A model generated the notes under the pieces. It ran no database searches, was not told the origin of the DNA, and saw only the letters and a program-made list of their open reading frames with translations. Shown here in pieces: positions 34,990-45,967 of a stretch of DNA of 64,000 bases. This stretch comes from Microcoleaceae cyanobacterium (GTDB lineage: Bacteria; Cyanobacteriota; Cyanobacteriia; Cyanobacteriales; Microcoleaceae), in the NCBI GenBank assembly GCA_051652765.1, contig JBOFUV010000148.1:49341-113340 (forward strand). Direction: 5' to 3'. Made by a program: the position numbers and the translations under genes. Position 1 is the stretch's first letter. The number at the start of each line of letters is the position of its first letter.

Positions 34990-35670
34990 ATGACCTCATC
35001 TTCAATGGCTGTTCGGGAACTTCCTCTATTTCCTTTATCTGAAGTGGTTTTATTTCCATCAACTCCGTTACCGCTTCATATCTTCGAGTTCCGGTATCGG
35101 ATGATGATGAGTACCGTGTTGGAGAGTGATTCTCGGTTTGGAGTTTTGATGGTTGATCCGGCTCAAGGGAAGGTTGCTTCGGTCGGCTGCTGTGCTGAAA
35201 TCGTCAAATATCGACGGTTAGAGGATGATCGGATGAATGTTTTGACAATGGGGCAGCAGCGATTCCGTGTTTTGGAAGCCGTTCGAGAAAAGCCTTATCT
35301 AGTAGGGCTGGTGGAGTGGATTGAAGATGAGGCTCCTGTAAAGGACTTGAAGCCTCTGGCGAGCAAGGTTGAGGAACTTCTCCGCGATGTAATTCGCCTG
35401 TCGAGTAAGCTTATGGATCAACCGATTGAACTGCCAGAGAATGTTCCAAATTTACCGACGGAGTTGTCTTACTGGGTCGCGAGTAATCTTTATGGGGTTG
35501 CAGTCGAACAGCAAGCGCTTTTAGAGATTCAAGACACTGCGATGAGGTTAGAACGAGAAGCAGAAATTCTAACCTCCACTCGCAGTAATTTGGCTGCTCG
35601 AACCATGCTGAAGGAGACTCTAAACTTAGAAACTCCGGATCTAGACGATGGGGATGGGCCAAGTCGTTAG
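34990..35670 (+). CDS. LON peptidase substrate-binding domain protein
   Basis: ELPLFPL-VVLFP-LPLHIFEFRYR. Confidence 0.9.
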   Translation: MTSSSMAVRELPLFPLSEVVLFPSTPLPLHIFEFRYRMMMSTVLESDSRFGVLMVDPAQGKVASVGCCAEIVKYRRLEDDRMNVLTMGQQRFRVLEAVREKPYLVGLVEWIEDEAPVKDLKPLASKVEELLRDVIRLSSKLMDQPIELPENVPNLPTELSYWVASNLYGVAVEQQALLEIQDTAMRLEREAEILTSTRSNLAARTMLKETLNLETPDLDDGDGPSR

Positions 35671-35680
35671 GTTGATGGGT

Positions 35681-35760
35681 TTAGGATGTGTAAGGCTTAG
35701 GGTTTGTGAAACTTAGGGTTTGTGAAACTTAGGATGTGTAAGGCTTAGGGTTTGTAAAAC
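35681..35760. repeat. 16-bp tandem repeat x5 (pattern ABBAB) overlapping a stop codon
   Basis: ttaggatgtgtaaggc / ttagggtttgtgaaac units; last unit contains stop of ORF 35745-37115. Confidence 0.8.
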
Positions 35761-37115
35761 CCATACCAATTTCGAACACTAATCCAGGTTCCCGAGATTA
35801 ATCCGGCTAAGCTCAAGGTTAGGCCACTGTAGGGCACCAGTAATCCAAAAATTGGCAGGGTCATACCAGCCACGGTACAAGTTAAAGCTGCAATGCGGGT
35901 TTTACGGTTGGAGCCCAACCCCCAAGCCAGCCCCAGAATTAGAGGGGTGATTAAGCCCCATGCCAACTTAGCCTCTAGAAGACGACTGGCATAGGTCAGG
36001 CTGAGTATCCCGGCGAAAAAGATCCCGGCGGCGATCGCCACGTCGCTGAGTCTAATCGGGATAGATAGGTAAAGTAACACAATCCACCACAGAAACACCG
36101 CCGGAGCCAATAACAGTAAGCGGGGCAGAACTCCTGTGTTGCTGATCGGTTCTGTCGCAGTAAACACTCCTAGGGGGTTCTGTACTGAGACATTCCCTGC
36201 AAAGATCCAGGTCAGTTCTCTTTGTTGGCTGCCTTCTCGAGTGACGGTTGGAATGGCTCCGGCAAAGTCTGCTTGAGGAAAGTTTGCTAAGGCCGTCAAA
36301 CGAAAGTTTGACAACAATTGGCCATTAGGCTGATACACCCACCGGGGTGCACCTTGGGCTTGATAGGTCAGTCGAAAACGGGTTGTTGCCCCAGGGGCCA
36401 AGCGAAAGGGAAACCCATAATCTCCAGGGTTGACCTGGGCTAAGACAGTGTCATCCTGTTCAACACGAAAGTCTTGCAATACGGTGTAGCCATAGGGAGG
36501 GGAAATTTCAAAAAAGAAATCCTCCTGATTTTTCAAAGGATTTGTCACCTGATAGTCCCCTTCAAAGACAACGCCGTAAATTAATTTACGAGTTGCCGGA
36601 TCGGTGGTCTGATCGATTTTGACCTGAACTTGAGAGCTAGCAACCGTCAAAAATCGATCCACTTTTTGCATCCCTTTTTCTTCAACTTGGCGGCCTTCGA
36701 CCCAGCGATATTGAGTGTAGGGTTCTTCAACAACATATCGAACTCTTGGTGCTCCTTGCTCAAGCCGTTCACCTGCAACTGTTGTAGCAACTTGAGTAAC
36801 CTGTGCTTGTTCCCAATGGTGATACCGATTGGCTAAGGTTGAACACAGAAAAAATCCGCCAGTTAAAATCACAATTAACAACACAACATGAGGCAACTTT
36901 TGCATCCAGACAATGTAATCTTCTAGCCCGTGTTTCAGCAGGGGAATAGGGGGTTCCTCCTGACGTTTATTTGACCAGTTAATTAAGGCAAGTACAACAC
37001 CAAAAGCGATCGCGAATATCCCCAATTTAAAGGAAAACTGAATGATTTGAGACCCAAATTCAACCAATTCGTTAGGGTGGGTCAGATCCGGAATATTAGG
37101 AATGCCAGTATACAT
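35745..37115 (-). CDS. Integral membrane protein (possibly CreD-like)
   Basis: Two N-terminal TMs, soluble domain, about five C-terminal TMs. Confidence 0.65.
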   Translation of the reverse strand: MYTGIPNIPDLTHPNELVEFGSQIIQFSFKLGIFAIAFGVVLALINWSNKRQEEPPIPLLKHGLEDYIVWMQKLPHVVLLIVILTGGFFLCSTLANRYHHWEQAQVTQVATTVAGERLEQGAPRVRYVVEEPYTQYRWVEGRQVEEKGMQKVDRFLTVASSQVQVKIDQTTDPATRKLIYGVVFEGDYQVTNPLKNQEDFFFEISPPYGYTVLQDFRVEQDDTVLAQVNPGDYGFPFRLAPGATTRFRLTYQAQGAPRWVYQPNGQLLSNFRLTALANFPQADFAGAIPTVTREGSQQRELTWIFAGNVSVQNPLGVFTATEPISNTGVLPRLLLLAPAVFLWWIVLLYLSIPIRLSDVAIAAGIFFAGILSLTYASRLLEAKLAWGLITPLILGLAWGLGSNRKTRIAALTCTVAGMTLPIFGLLVPYSGLTLSLAGLISGTWISVRNWYGFYKP

Positions 37116-37472
37116 TTGAGGTTAAGCCATGAAGATCAAAGCAAGCGTGAACTGATGTAGATTTACAGCATGAGTTGGGTTTCTTCCGCATAAAGTTCTA
37201 CAAAGCAGTCCCCTAAAGATTGCTTCACTCCATTCCCCAGAGATTTCTGAATAGATCCCAATCTGATCTGAGGCGTGAACCTTGAATTCTGAGAGGTTGA
37301 TTCTTTTTCGGAGGAGAAGTAGATCAAGAGCAGATGCGAATCACAAAGGATTTAGGACAGCTATCGTGCCTTCGTTGATGACTCACGTTAAAATGAGTGA
37401 ATATTATTAGAGCCGTTCCGTCAGACTGCTGAGTCTGCTGTTCGTGAGACATTGCCCATGCAAGGAGTGACA

Positions 37473-39881
37473 ATGAAGCGTTGGAATCCCATACTGGTTG
37501 GACTAACTTCAAGTACTAGCATTGTCCTTTGGGCCTTGATATTTGGAGCGGGAGTTTCCCAAGGTCAATCTCCTCAACCCAAGCCCGCGAACTCTGTCCC
37601 AAGTCCAAGCGCCTCACTGTTACAAGAACAACAAAAGCTAGAACGACTGCAACAGCAGCAACAGATTCAAGATCAGGTGCAGGTAGAAGCCAATCGGATC
37701 TTCAGTCGTACCATGACCCTGTTCAATGTGCTGTTGGGATTGTTAGGTCTGTTGTTAATTTCTGCCCTGGTAGCGCTTTGGATCTTGCGGCGTTCGGTGA
37801 TCCATGAAGTCACAGAAATTGTTGAAAGTCATCTGAATGAACTGGGTGATTTGGAGAATCGGATTGCGATCGCCAACCGCAAGCTCCAAGAGGTTCTGCA
37901 AGAAACAGATGATGCGGCTGACGACCTGGATGCCCGATTTGAAGAGTTTCAGCAGCACTATCAGCAGGAACGCGGCAAAATGATGGAGGTTCGCACAGAG
38001 CTTTCCCACTCCAAAGAGGCAGCGATCGCTGATCTGCAACGTCAGATTCAACAGTTTCAACAGGAGCGCCAGCGGGTTCAGGAGGAGATGATGACTCAGC
38101 TTGCAGCCGCGCAAGATCGCACTCAGGTCAAGCAACGGGAAGTTCTGCAAGTCCTAGAGCGTTCTCAAACGGACTATCTGGCTCAATTTGCCCAGGTTCA
38201 GGCAGAGATTAACCGCCAGAAAGACTCGACCCTTCAGCAATTTAAACACTCTGAAATCGAGCTTTCAACCCAGCTTACGGAGTTAAAAACAAAAGCTCAA
38301 CAGCAGCGGGACACGATCTTAAAAAATATAGACCAGTTAGGGAATGAGCTGACTGAAAAGCTTTCTACCGTTCAAACCGAAGTGAACCAGCAAAAATCTG
38401 GGGTTTTAGATCACGTTAAGCAACTGGGAACAGAGTTCACCACCCAGCTTGCAGACTTGCAACAGGACGCGCGGAAACAACGAGATTTAATTCTCGGCAA
38501 TCTGGGGCAGATGGAAACCGACTTCACGCCTCAACTTTTAGCATTGCAAACCAAAGCGGAACAGCAAGCCCAACAACAAATGCAGCGGTGGCTGGAGCAA
38601 CTCGAGAACCTCGGCGAAGTTTTAGCGAACCAACTGTCAGACGCTCAGGGAAAAATTCAAGACCGGATCAAGCAACAGTTCCAAAGCCTAAAACAGCTTG
38701 AAGCAGAAATTGTGAACGAACTTGCTCAATCTAAGTCCAATTCCCAACAGCAGCGAGATGAACAATTGCAAATCCTGAAGCAACTTGCAGCCGAAGTGAC
38801 ATCCCAAGCTTCTGAAACCAAAACCCAGATTCAAACCGAACAACAGCAAGTGCTGCAAACTCTACAACAGTCTGGCAAAGAGGTAGAAGCCCAGCTTACC
38901 GGATTTAAATCGGATCTGCGGAGCCGCAAAGATGCAGCTTTTCAAAAGCTAGATAAGTTTGAGGAAACGTTGACAGAGCAGTTAACAGAAATTAAAGTCG
39001 ATGCGAAGGCTGAAAATGACAAAACCCGCGAACAATTATTGAACTTGAACACCGCTGCTCAAACTGAAAAAGAGCAAATCCTCAAGCGACTCTCTGAAGT
39101 TTCCCCCGCCTTCATTGCTGAATCGGCGATCGCAGAAATTTCAGGGAAGATTCAGGGGCTGACTGAACAACTGGATCGGCTGAAATCCAACCAACCAGAT
39201 CTCTTTTTGTCTTCAGAAGACTTGATTCACCAAGGGAGTGAACTTCTGACCGCAGGACGATTCGAAGAAGCCCTTGCGATTTGTATCAAAGCCACTCAAC
39301 TGCAGCCCAATAATCCGAAAGCTTGGTTGAATCGGGGCATGGCCCTACGGCGACTGAAGCGCCCTGAAGATGCGATCGCCGCCTATGAAAAAGCCCTAGA
39401 GCTAAAGCCAGATTATCATCAAGCCTGGGTTGATCGGGGTGTGGCCCTGGGAGTTTTACAGCAACACGAGGCCGCCTTCAAGTCCTTTGATCATGCGATT
39501 CGATTGCAGCCTCAAGATGCCGTTGCTTGGCTGAACCGGGGCATGGCCCTACAAGTGTTAGAACAAAATGAAGCAGCCCTAGAGTCCTTTGAGAAATCCG
39601 TTGAGTGCGACCCAAACTCGGCCAAGGCTTGGAACTACAAAGGTTATACCTTGATGCAGTTGAATCAACATCCAGGGGCAACCCAAGCCTTTGACCAAGC
39701 GTTAAAACTTCAGCCCAACTATGCTGATGCCTTGTACAACAAAGCCAGTTGTCATGCCCTCCAGGGAGAGGCAGATCACGCCTTGAAAAATCTAGAACAG
39801 GCGATCGCCCTAAATCCTCGATATCGCCAAGAGGCCAGAACAGACAAGGACTTAGAAGCGATTGTTAGACAGTTATCCTAA
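37473..39881 (+). CDS. Membrane-anchored coiled-coil TPR protein
   Basis: AAGGAG RBS; signal/TM, long Q/E-rich coiled coil, C-terminal TPRs (AWLNRGMAL, AWVDRGVAL, ALYNKA). Confidence 0.85.
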   Translation: MKRWNPILVGLTSSTSIVLWALIFGAGVSQGQSPQPKPANSVPSPSASLLQEQQKLERLQQQQQIQDQVQVEANRIFSRTMTLFNVLLGLLGLLLISALVALWILRRSVIHEVTEIVESHLNELGDLENRIAIANRKLQEVLQETDDAADDLDARFEEFQQHYQQERGKMMEVRTELSHSKEAAIADLQRQIQQFQQERQRVQEEMMTQLAAAQDRTQVKQREVLQVLERSQTDYLAQFAQVQAEINRQKDSTLQQFKHSEIELSTQLTELKTKAQQQRDTILKNIDQLGNELTEKLSTVQTEVNQQKSGVLDHVKQLGTEFTTQLADLQQDARKQRDLILGNLGQMETDFTPQLLALQTKAEQQAQQQMQRWLEQLENLGEVLANQLSDAQGKIQDRIKQQFQSLKQLEAEIVNELAQSKSNSQQQRDEQLQILKQLAAEVTSQASETKTQIQTEQQQVLQTLQQSGKEVEAQLTGFKSDLRSRKDAAFQKLDKFEETLTEQLTEIKVDAKAENDKTREQLLNLNTAAQTEKEQILKRLSEVSPAFIAESAIAEISGKIQGLTEQLDRLKSNQPDLFLSSEDLIHQGSELLTAGRFEEALAICIKATQLQPNNPKAWLNRGMALRRLKRPEDAIAAYEKALELKPDYHQAWVDRGVALGVLQQHEAAFKSFDHAIRLQPQDAVAWLNRGMALQVLEQNEAALESFEKSVECDPNSAKAWNYKGYTLMQLNQHPGATQAFDQALKLQPNYADALYNKASCHALQGEADHALKNLEQAIALNPRYRQEARTDKDLEAIVRQLS

Positions 39882-40082
39882 ATCTCCTGAGTCTAAGGGC
39901 ACAACCCAAAAATCGCTGATATTTTGTCCATGAAGCGTTATAGGCAAATCTTCCACCTTACACCACCCATAAGTCTGACTTGAACGGACATGAATAATTC
40001 GAATAAATTGTTGTGTTGGCAGATGCTGAATAGCAAGTTCAGCAGACAGCAAGCAAATTGATTTCCCTGATGATTGATTCAT
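39873..40082 (-). CDS. Small hypothetical protein
   Basis: 69 aa ATG ORF in otherwise empty region. Confidence 0.4.
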   Translation of the reverse strand: MNQSSGKSICLLSAELAIQHLPTQQFIRIIHVRSSQTYGWCKVEDLPITLHGQNISDFWVVPLDSGDLG

Positions 40083-40706
40083 GGTAGAGCTTTTCTAGTC
40101 GATGAATTCTGTAATAGCTTAGTCTAGGTTGATTCGAAAAAGTTGGGGGTTTTATGAAAATTTATTTCAAATAAATTAATTTTTTAAAAAGGTATAAGAC
40201 TTGATACCAAATTTATTTGGGTTGCCCTAAAAATTAACTTCGATCGAGTCAGATGGGCAATATCCCTCGGCAACCTTTATGGTTTAGAGTACTAAATGTT
40301 CGGTATGGATGGCTAGGATTAAAACCAGAGTGTATTTGTAATATAAAGAAAATAAAAAGAACTTATCAACATTCCTTTTTACACATATTACTTTGCCAAG
40401 AGACTTAATCAGTGAAGACATCCCCGCTCACTTTATAACTGATCAATAGTTAACTTGAGTTAGAAGAATAAAAACTTCATGCAGGATAGTAAGAATTTAA
40501 ATCATTTCTCTAGGAAAGAAGTATCAGGATACTCTCTTTATCTCCTGCAATTCAAACCCCTAAACCCCTCGAATTCGTGATAATTCTTAACAAAATTTCT
40601 CAGCAGATCAGTCTAACCTTAAAAATTAGGCGCACACTTAGCTTTCTTTAAATCTGCTAAATGTGCATCTGATTGTTGGATTGAACTTTGAGATCAAGAA
40701 TTTAGT

Positions 40707-41426
40707 ATGAGCGTTAACTTAGCAACTCAACTACGGGAAGGGACAAAAAAATCCCATACAATGGCGGAGAATGTTGGCTTCATCAAGTGCTTCTTGAGAG
40801 GAACTGTGGAGAAGACTTCCTACCGGAAGCTAGCTGGAAATCTCTATTTTGTCTACTCAGCCATGGAAGAGGAAATGGAACGCCATCGCAACCATCCTCT
40901 ACTCTCCCAACTCTATTTCCCAGAACTCAATCGGAAACAGAGTCTAGAACAGGATTTGTACTACTATTATGGGGCAAACTGGCAGGAGACAGTTGCTCCT
41001 TCCGAAACTGCCCAAGCCTATGTCAAGCGGATTCGGGAAATTTCAGAAACCCAACCAGAATTGTTGATCTCTCATCTCTATACACGCTATTTGGGGGATC
41101 TTTCTGGCGGGCAAATTCTCAAGGGAATTGCTCAACGGGGAATGAACTTAACCAATGGGGAAGGGACTCATTTTTATGAGTTTCCCGAAATCCCTGACGA
41201 AAAAGAATTTAAGGCAAAATATCGGCAAGCCATGGACAACTTGCCTGTTGATCAAACAACAGCAGACCAAATCGTCGATGAGGCAAACGCAGCTTTCAAA
41301 ATGAACATGAATATGTTTATGGACTTAGAAGGCAACTTGATTAAAGCGATTGGTCAAATGCTATTTAATAGCTTGACTCGTCGTCGCAGTTCGGGTTCCA
41401 CTGAATTGACTCCTGCGGCGGAATAA
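40707..41426 (+). CDS. ho1: Heme oxygenase (biliverdin-producing)
   Basis: LREGTKKSHTMAEN, HLYTRYLGDLSGGQIL. Confidence 0.93.
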   Translation: MSVNLATQLREGTKKSHTMAENVGFIKCFLRGTVEKTSYRKLAGNLYFVYSAMEEEMERHRNHPLLSQLYFPELNRKQSLEQDLYYYYGANWQETVAPSETAQAYVKRIREISETQPELLISHLYTRYLGDLSGGQILKGIAQRGMNLTNGEGTHFYEFPEIPDEKEFKAKYRQAMDNLPVDQTTADQIVDEANAAFKMNMNMFMDLEGNLIKAIGQMLFNSLTRRRSSGSTELTPAAE

Positions 41427-41464
41427 AGAGGAAATATTGCGGCGAAACTCAAGATAAAGCTCCA

Positions 41465-41489
41465 CCAGGGTTTAAGGATTAAATCCTGG
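41465..41489 (+). terminator. Stem-loop after heme oxygenase
   Basis: ccagggtttaa-gga-ttaaatcctgg. Confidence 0.45.
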
Positions 41490-41572
41490 AAGCTCAATAG
41501 CTACACAAGGAATTACTGAGCCTTCAGGATTAATTGTTTTTTGTCAGTTGTTTCTGCATATAAATTTCTATG

Positions 41573-42469
41573 CTAAGTTTCAGCAGTAGAATGATCATGA
41601 ATTGCGATCAACTCTTCAACATCATTCTGTAAGCTCTGATAAATTTTATCTAATGGAATATCATTGTAATCATAGCCAAAAGGATTTTCAATTTCTAATC
41701 CAATCGCTTCAATTCCCAAGAGCGCAAATGTAATAATTCCCACTGCAATGATACTTCCCCAACGCAAGTCTTGAACGAATTGAAAAGGCAATGCCAAACA
41801 ATACAAGCCCAATAAATGCTTTAAATGAGTTGCATAGGCTTTAGGCATAGGAGTATTGATAATCCGTTCACAACCCGTCAGACAATCTACCATTTCATCG
41901 ATAGAGTCATTGTAATTTGCAAGCTGTACCGTATCAATGAGATTTTGTTGGTAAAGCTGATTCAAATAATCGCTAATCCATTTCGCAATCCTGAGTGGGC
42001 GATGAGTCAATGGCATCAGTTCCTGGCATTGTTCAGCAGACAAAAGAGACTGTAACCGTTGGTCAACGGGCTCCTTTCGCAGATGTAAAACTCCTGCCCA
42101 AAAAAAAGCCGGAATCAATCTCAAGCCTTGGTGTTTTTCTTGAATCATTGTAGAGGTTTTCTCTGGAATATTGACAAAAATTCGTCGTCCCAAGTTTCTC
42201 CCAAGAATTAAGATCTTCCCGACCAGTTTACGGCCCTCCCAAAACCGTTCGTAGGCAGTATTTGTTCGAAATACCAACAGTAAACCCAACACAATCCCAG
42301 GAATTAAAGTTCCTAGAACAGGTTGGTGAATGACTGGAAAGCGATCATAGGTTAGCTTGATGATCAATGAGAACATCATACTTGCAACAACCGGAATCTT
42401 AATCCGATCAACGATAGATCCTCGCAGATCTAAGGCGGCTTTAAACCAGTTCTCGTATTTTGAACTCAT
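41573..42469 (-). CDS. Bestrophin family ion channel
   Basis: LLLVFRTNTAYERFWEGR, CERIINTP, EIENPFGYDYNDIPL. Confidence 0.9.
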   Translation of the reverse strand: MSSKYENWFKAALDLRGSIVDRIKIPVVASMMFSLIIKLTYDRFPVIHQPVLGTLIPGIVLGLLLVFRTNTAYERFWEGRKLVGKILILGRNLGRRIFVNIPEKTSTMIQEKHQGLRLIPAFFWAGVLHLRKEPVDQRLQSLLSAEQCQELMPLTHRPLRIAKWISDYLNQLYQQNLIDTVQLANYNDSIDEMVDCLTGCERIINTPMPKAYATHLKHLLGLYCLALPFQFVQDLRWGSIIAVGIITFALLGIEAIGLEIENPFGYDYNDIPLDKIYQSLQNDVEELIAIHDHSTAET

Positions 42470-42635
42470 GGGGGTTTATATCCTTTAAACACTTTTCAAT
42501 CAATGGACATTAACCCTTGCTACAGCTTGTTACTACAGTCTATTACAACAGCCTGTGTAACGGTTTTTTACGACCGCTACGGCCAGGAACAATATCAGTG
42601 ATAGGATGCCCTAAAAAGCGTTGAGATATTTTTCT

Positions 42636-43064
42636 ATGGTAGAAGAACTGACTGGCAAAGCTCCAATCTTCGGTGGCAGCACCGGAGGGTTGCTCACAAA
42701 GGCAGAAGTAGAAGAAAAATATGCGATCACCTGGACAAGTTCTAAGGAGCAAGTCTTTGAAATGCCCACAGGTGGAGCAGCGATTATGAATGAAGGTGAA
42801 AACCTAATGTATCTGGCTCGCAAAGAGCAATGTTTGGCCTTGGGGATTCAATTGCGGGCAAAATTCAAGCCAAAAATCGAAGATTACAAAATCTATCGGG
42901 TTTTTCCAAATGGAGAAACTGAGTACCTGCATCCCAAGGATGGCGTATTCCCTGAGAAGGTTAACGAAGGCCGTGAAGCTGTTGGCAAGATCGAACACAA
43001 CATTGGAGCCAATGTTGATCCAGCCAAGGTGAAGTTCAGCGGCAAAGCGACCTACGAAGTTTAG
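42636..43064 (+). CDS. psaD: Photosystem I reaction center subunit II
   Basis: [35 protein letters not shown] 42636. Confidence 0.97.
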   Translation: MVEELTGKAPIFGGSTGGLLTKAEVEEKYAITWTSSKEQVFEMPTGGAAIMNEGENLMYLARKEQCLALGIQLRAKFKPKIEDYKIYRVFPNGETEYLHPKDGVFPEKVNEGREAVGKIEHNIGANVDPAKVKFSGKATYEV

Positions 43065-43291
43065 AATGCTCTCTGGATTCAACTCGATAAAGATCTGGTT
43101 TTTGACTGCCTAGGCGTGATGTCAGTCTGATTTAAAAGTTCTGATTTAAAAGTTATGAACTTGTAGAGCAAGTATCTTGTCTGGCCCAGTCAAAAATTTG
43201 ACGAGCTGAAATTGCAAGATACTGACTCCCTGGTTCCTGGCAAACCATCTAGGACAACTATCTGACTCTAAAATGACCGGGTTCTAAACTG

Positions 43292-43327
43292 AAGGATGAA
43301 GGGGCTTGCTGATCCTTCATCCTTTTT
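43292..43327 (+). terminator. Rho-independent terminator-like hairpin between psaD and trpE
   Basis: aaggatgaagg...ccttcatcctt followed by T tract. Confidence 0.6.
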
Positions 43328-43345
43328 ATTCTTTCAATCACTGAA

Positions 43346-44893
43346 ATGACATTTCCTGATTTCTCCCAATTTACTCAACTGGCAAATCAAGGCAACTTTG
43401 TTCCTGTTTATCAGGAATGGATTGCCGATCTCGATACACCCGTCTCAGCTTGGTATCGGGTCTGTGCCGGTCAACCCTACAGTTTTTTATTGGAATCGGT
43501 CGAGGGGGGAGAACAAATTGGGCGGTATAGTTTTTTGGGATGTGATCCCCTGTGGATTCTAGAAGCACGAGGCGATCGCACACTTCAGACCTATCGAGAC
43601 GGCACCGTCAGAACGTTTCAGGGAGATCCGTTTCAAGCCCTGAGTGAGTGTTTGGCTCCTTATCATCCCGTCAGACTGCCCCAGCTTCCCGGTGGAATTG
43701 GTGGATTGTTTGGCTTTTGGGGCTATGAACTCATTCGCTGGATTGAGCCTCGAGTGCCTGTGCATCCAGCAACTGATGCGGACTTACCCGATGGACTCTG
43801 GATGCAGGTCGATAACTTGTTAGTGTTTGACCAAGTCAAGCGGAAAATTTGGGCGATCGCCTATGGGGATTTGCGTCAGGGAGATTTGCAAACGGCCTAT
43901 CAACAAGCCTGCAATCAAGTTCATCACCTAATACAAAAGCTGCAATCACCCCTCTCCCGGCAAAGTACTTTGTTAGAATGGCGGCCCCCCAGTTATTCAA
44001 CCTCCCCTTCGGTAGCCTCAACTGAGCTGCCAGACGGTTATAACAGCAACATTTCCCGTGAGCGGTTCTATGCCAATGTAGAGCGGGCAAAAAAACACAT
44101 TCGAGCGGGGGATATCTTCCAAGTTGTATTGTCGCAACGGCTCTCTGTCCAATATACAGGTGACCCCTTTGGTCTCTATCGGTCTCTGCGGCTGGTCAAT
44201 CCCTCTCCCTACATGGCTTACTTTAACTTTGACAACTGGCAAATGATTGGCTCTAGTCCGGAGGTGATGGTGAAAGCAGAAAAAACCCCAGAAGGGACAA
44301 CTCTGGCAACCGTCAGACCCATCGCTGGAACCCGCCCTCGTGGTCAAACGGTTACTGAGGATGCTGCCTTGGCCCAAGAGCTGCTGCACGATCCAAAGGA
44401 GGTTGCAGAACATATTATGTTGGTTGACTTGGGCCGGAATGACTTGGGCAGAGTCTGTCGGAGTGGGACAGTCAGAGTTGATCAACTGATGGTGATTGAG
44501 CGCTATTCCCATGTCATGCATATTGTGAGTAACGTTGTGGGAGAATTAGCCCAGGGAAAATTTGCATGGGAACTGCTAAAGGCATGTTTTCCTGCTGGAA
44601 CAGTGAGTGGCGCACCCAAAATTCGAGCAATGGAAATCATTCACGAACTCGAAGGCTGCCGTCGAGGGCCTTACTCAGGGGTTTATGGGTATTATGATTT
44701 TGAAGGGCAACTGAATAGTGCGATTACCATTAGAACGATGATTGTACGCGACTGCGACAATGGAGAGCATTCCGTAACCGTTCAGGCTGGGGCAGGGCTG
44801 GTTGCAGATTCTCAACCCGAGCGGGAGTATGAAGAAACACTCAATAAAGCGCGAGGATTGTTGGAAGCCATCCGGTGTCTAAAACCAGATTAA
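43346..44893 (+). CDS. trpE: Anthranilate synthase component I
   Basis: LLESVEGG, NPSPYM, PIAGTRPRG, EHIMLVDLGRND, GTVSGAPKIRA. Confidence 0.95.
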   Translation: MTFPDFSQFTQLANQGNFVPVYQEWIADLDTPVSAWYRVCAGQPYSFLLESVEGGEQIGRYSFLGCDPLWILEARGDRTLQTYRDGTVRTFQGDPFQALSECLAPYHPVRLPQLPGGIGGLFGFWGYELIRWIEPRVPVHPATDADLPDGLWMQVDNLLVFDQVKRKIWAIAYGDLRQGDLQTAYQQACNQVHHLIQKLQSPLSRQSTLLEWRPPSYSTSPSVASTELPDGYNSNISRERFYANVERAKKHIRAGDIFQVVLSQRLSVQYTGDPFGLYRSLRLVNPSPYMAYFNFDNWQMIGSSPEVMVKAEKTPEGTTLATVRPIAGTRPRGQTVTEDAALAQELLHDPKEVAEHIMLVDLGRNDLGRVCRSGTVRVDQLMVIERYSHVMHIVSNVVGELAQGKFAWELLKACFPAGTVSGAPKIRAMEIIHELEGCRRGPYSGVYGYYDFEGQLNSAITIRTMIVRDCDNGEHSVTVQAGAGLVADSQPEREYEETLNKARGLLEAIRCLKPD

Positions 44894-44972
44894 CCTGTGG
44901 AATTGGCGGATGCGATCACTGGGTTCAGAGATTGAACAGTTTGAAACAATCATGAAAATAACTGAAAAAGTT

Positions 44973-45857
44973 ATGAACTTTTATATTGTTGATGTTTTTG
45001 CAGAAGAAAAATATACTGGAAACCCTCTCGCTGTTGTTTTTGGAGAAGGTGTTGCCTCTCTTTCTGATGTTGAGATGCAACAAATTGCCCAAGAAATGAA
45101 CTACTCTGAAACCACTTTTGTTCCCTCCATCCAAACTCAGGACGGGGGCTATGATGTGCGAATTTTTACCCCTAATAAGGAACTGCCCTTTGCAGGTCAT
45201 CCAACCATAGGAACCGCTTATATCATCCAGAAAGAATTAACTCAAAAATCCGTTGATCGAATCCTTTTAAACCTTGGGGTAGGTCAAATTCCTGTGACTT
45301 GGACTCAGGATGAAGACGGAGATGAAGTGTTCTGGATGGAGCAAAATCCCCCTATTTTTTATAACACCTTAGACGCTGGAGATCTGGCTAAAGTCTTGAG
45401 TTTAAGTCCGTCTGACATTAATACTCAGTTTCCAATTCAAGAAGTTTCAACTGGGGTTCCGTTTATTATTGTTCCGCTGAAGAGTTTAGAGGCTTTGAAG
45501 CGAGCCAAAGTCAACTTAGAGGCTTACCTAAAACTCATTGAAAATACAAATTCTGAAGAAATTTTGATTTTCTCCACTGAACCTTATAGCCCTGAAAATC
45601 AGATTAGCGCCAGGGTGTTTGCTCCATCCTTAGGAATTCTTGAAGACCCGGCGACTGGAAGTGCCAACGGATGTTTGGCGGGGTATTTAGTGCAGCATCA
45701 GTTTTTTGGAACAGATAAAATTGACATTCAAGTTGAGCAGGGATATGAAATTAATCGTCCTTCGATTCTCTTCCTGAAAGCTCAAAAAAATGATCAGCAA
45801 ATTCAAGTACTGGTCGGGGGGAAAGTGATTAGAGTGGCCAAGGGTGAGCTGTTGTAA
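44973..45857 (+). CDS. PhzF family isomerase
   Basis: VDVF-GNP, NYSETTF, ELPFAGHPT, EDPATGSA. Confidence 0.9.
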   Translation: MNFYIVDVFAEEKYTGNPLAVVFGEGVASLSDVEMQQIAQEMNYSETTFVPSIQTQDGGYDVRIFTPNKELPFAGHPTIGTAYIIQKELTQKSVDRILLNLGVGQIPVTWTQDEDGDEVFWMEQNPPIFYNTLDAGDLAKVLSLSPSDINTQFPIQEVSTGVPFIIVPLKSLEALKRAKVNLEAYLKLIENTNSEEILIFSTEPYSPENQISARVFAPSLGILEDPATGSANGCLAGYLVQHQFFGTDKIDIQVEQGYEINRPSILFLKAQKNDQQIQVLVGGKVIRVAKGELL

Positions 45858-45967
45858 GGTTGTTCCTGTAATTAGGAATTAGGTATGATTAAATAGAAGA
45901 CTCTCTGTAGTCCCCCTTGGTACAGGTCGGCAAAGGCTTGATGTTCAAATTGATTGGTTCTACCTAC

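Noticed and set aside
35681..35760. TTAGGG-containing repeat as telomere-like or mini-CRISPR
   Set aside because: 16-bp tandem units without spacers, apparently derived from the 3-prime end of the neighbouring gene
40090..40700. AT-rich stretch upstream of ho1 as a foreign island
   Set aside because: No ORFs, repeats or mobile ends; consistent with a divergent promoter region
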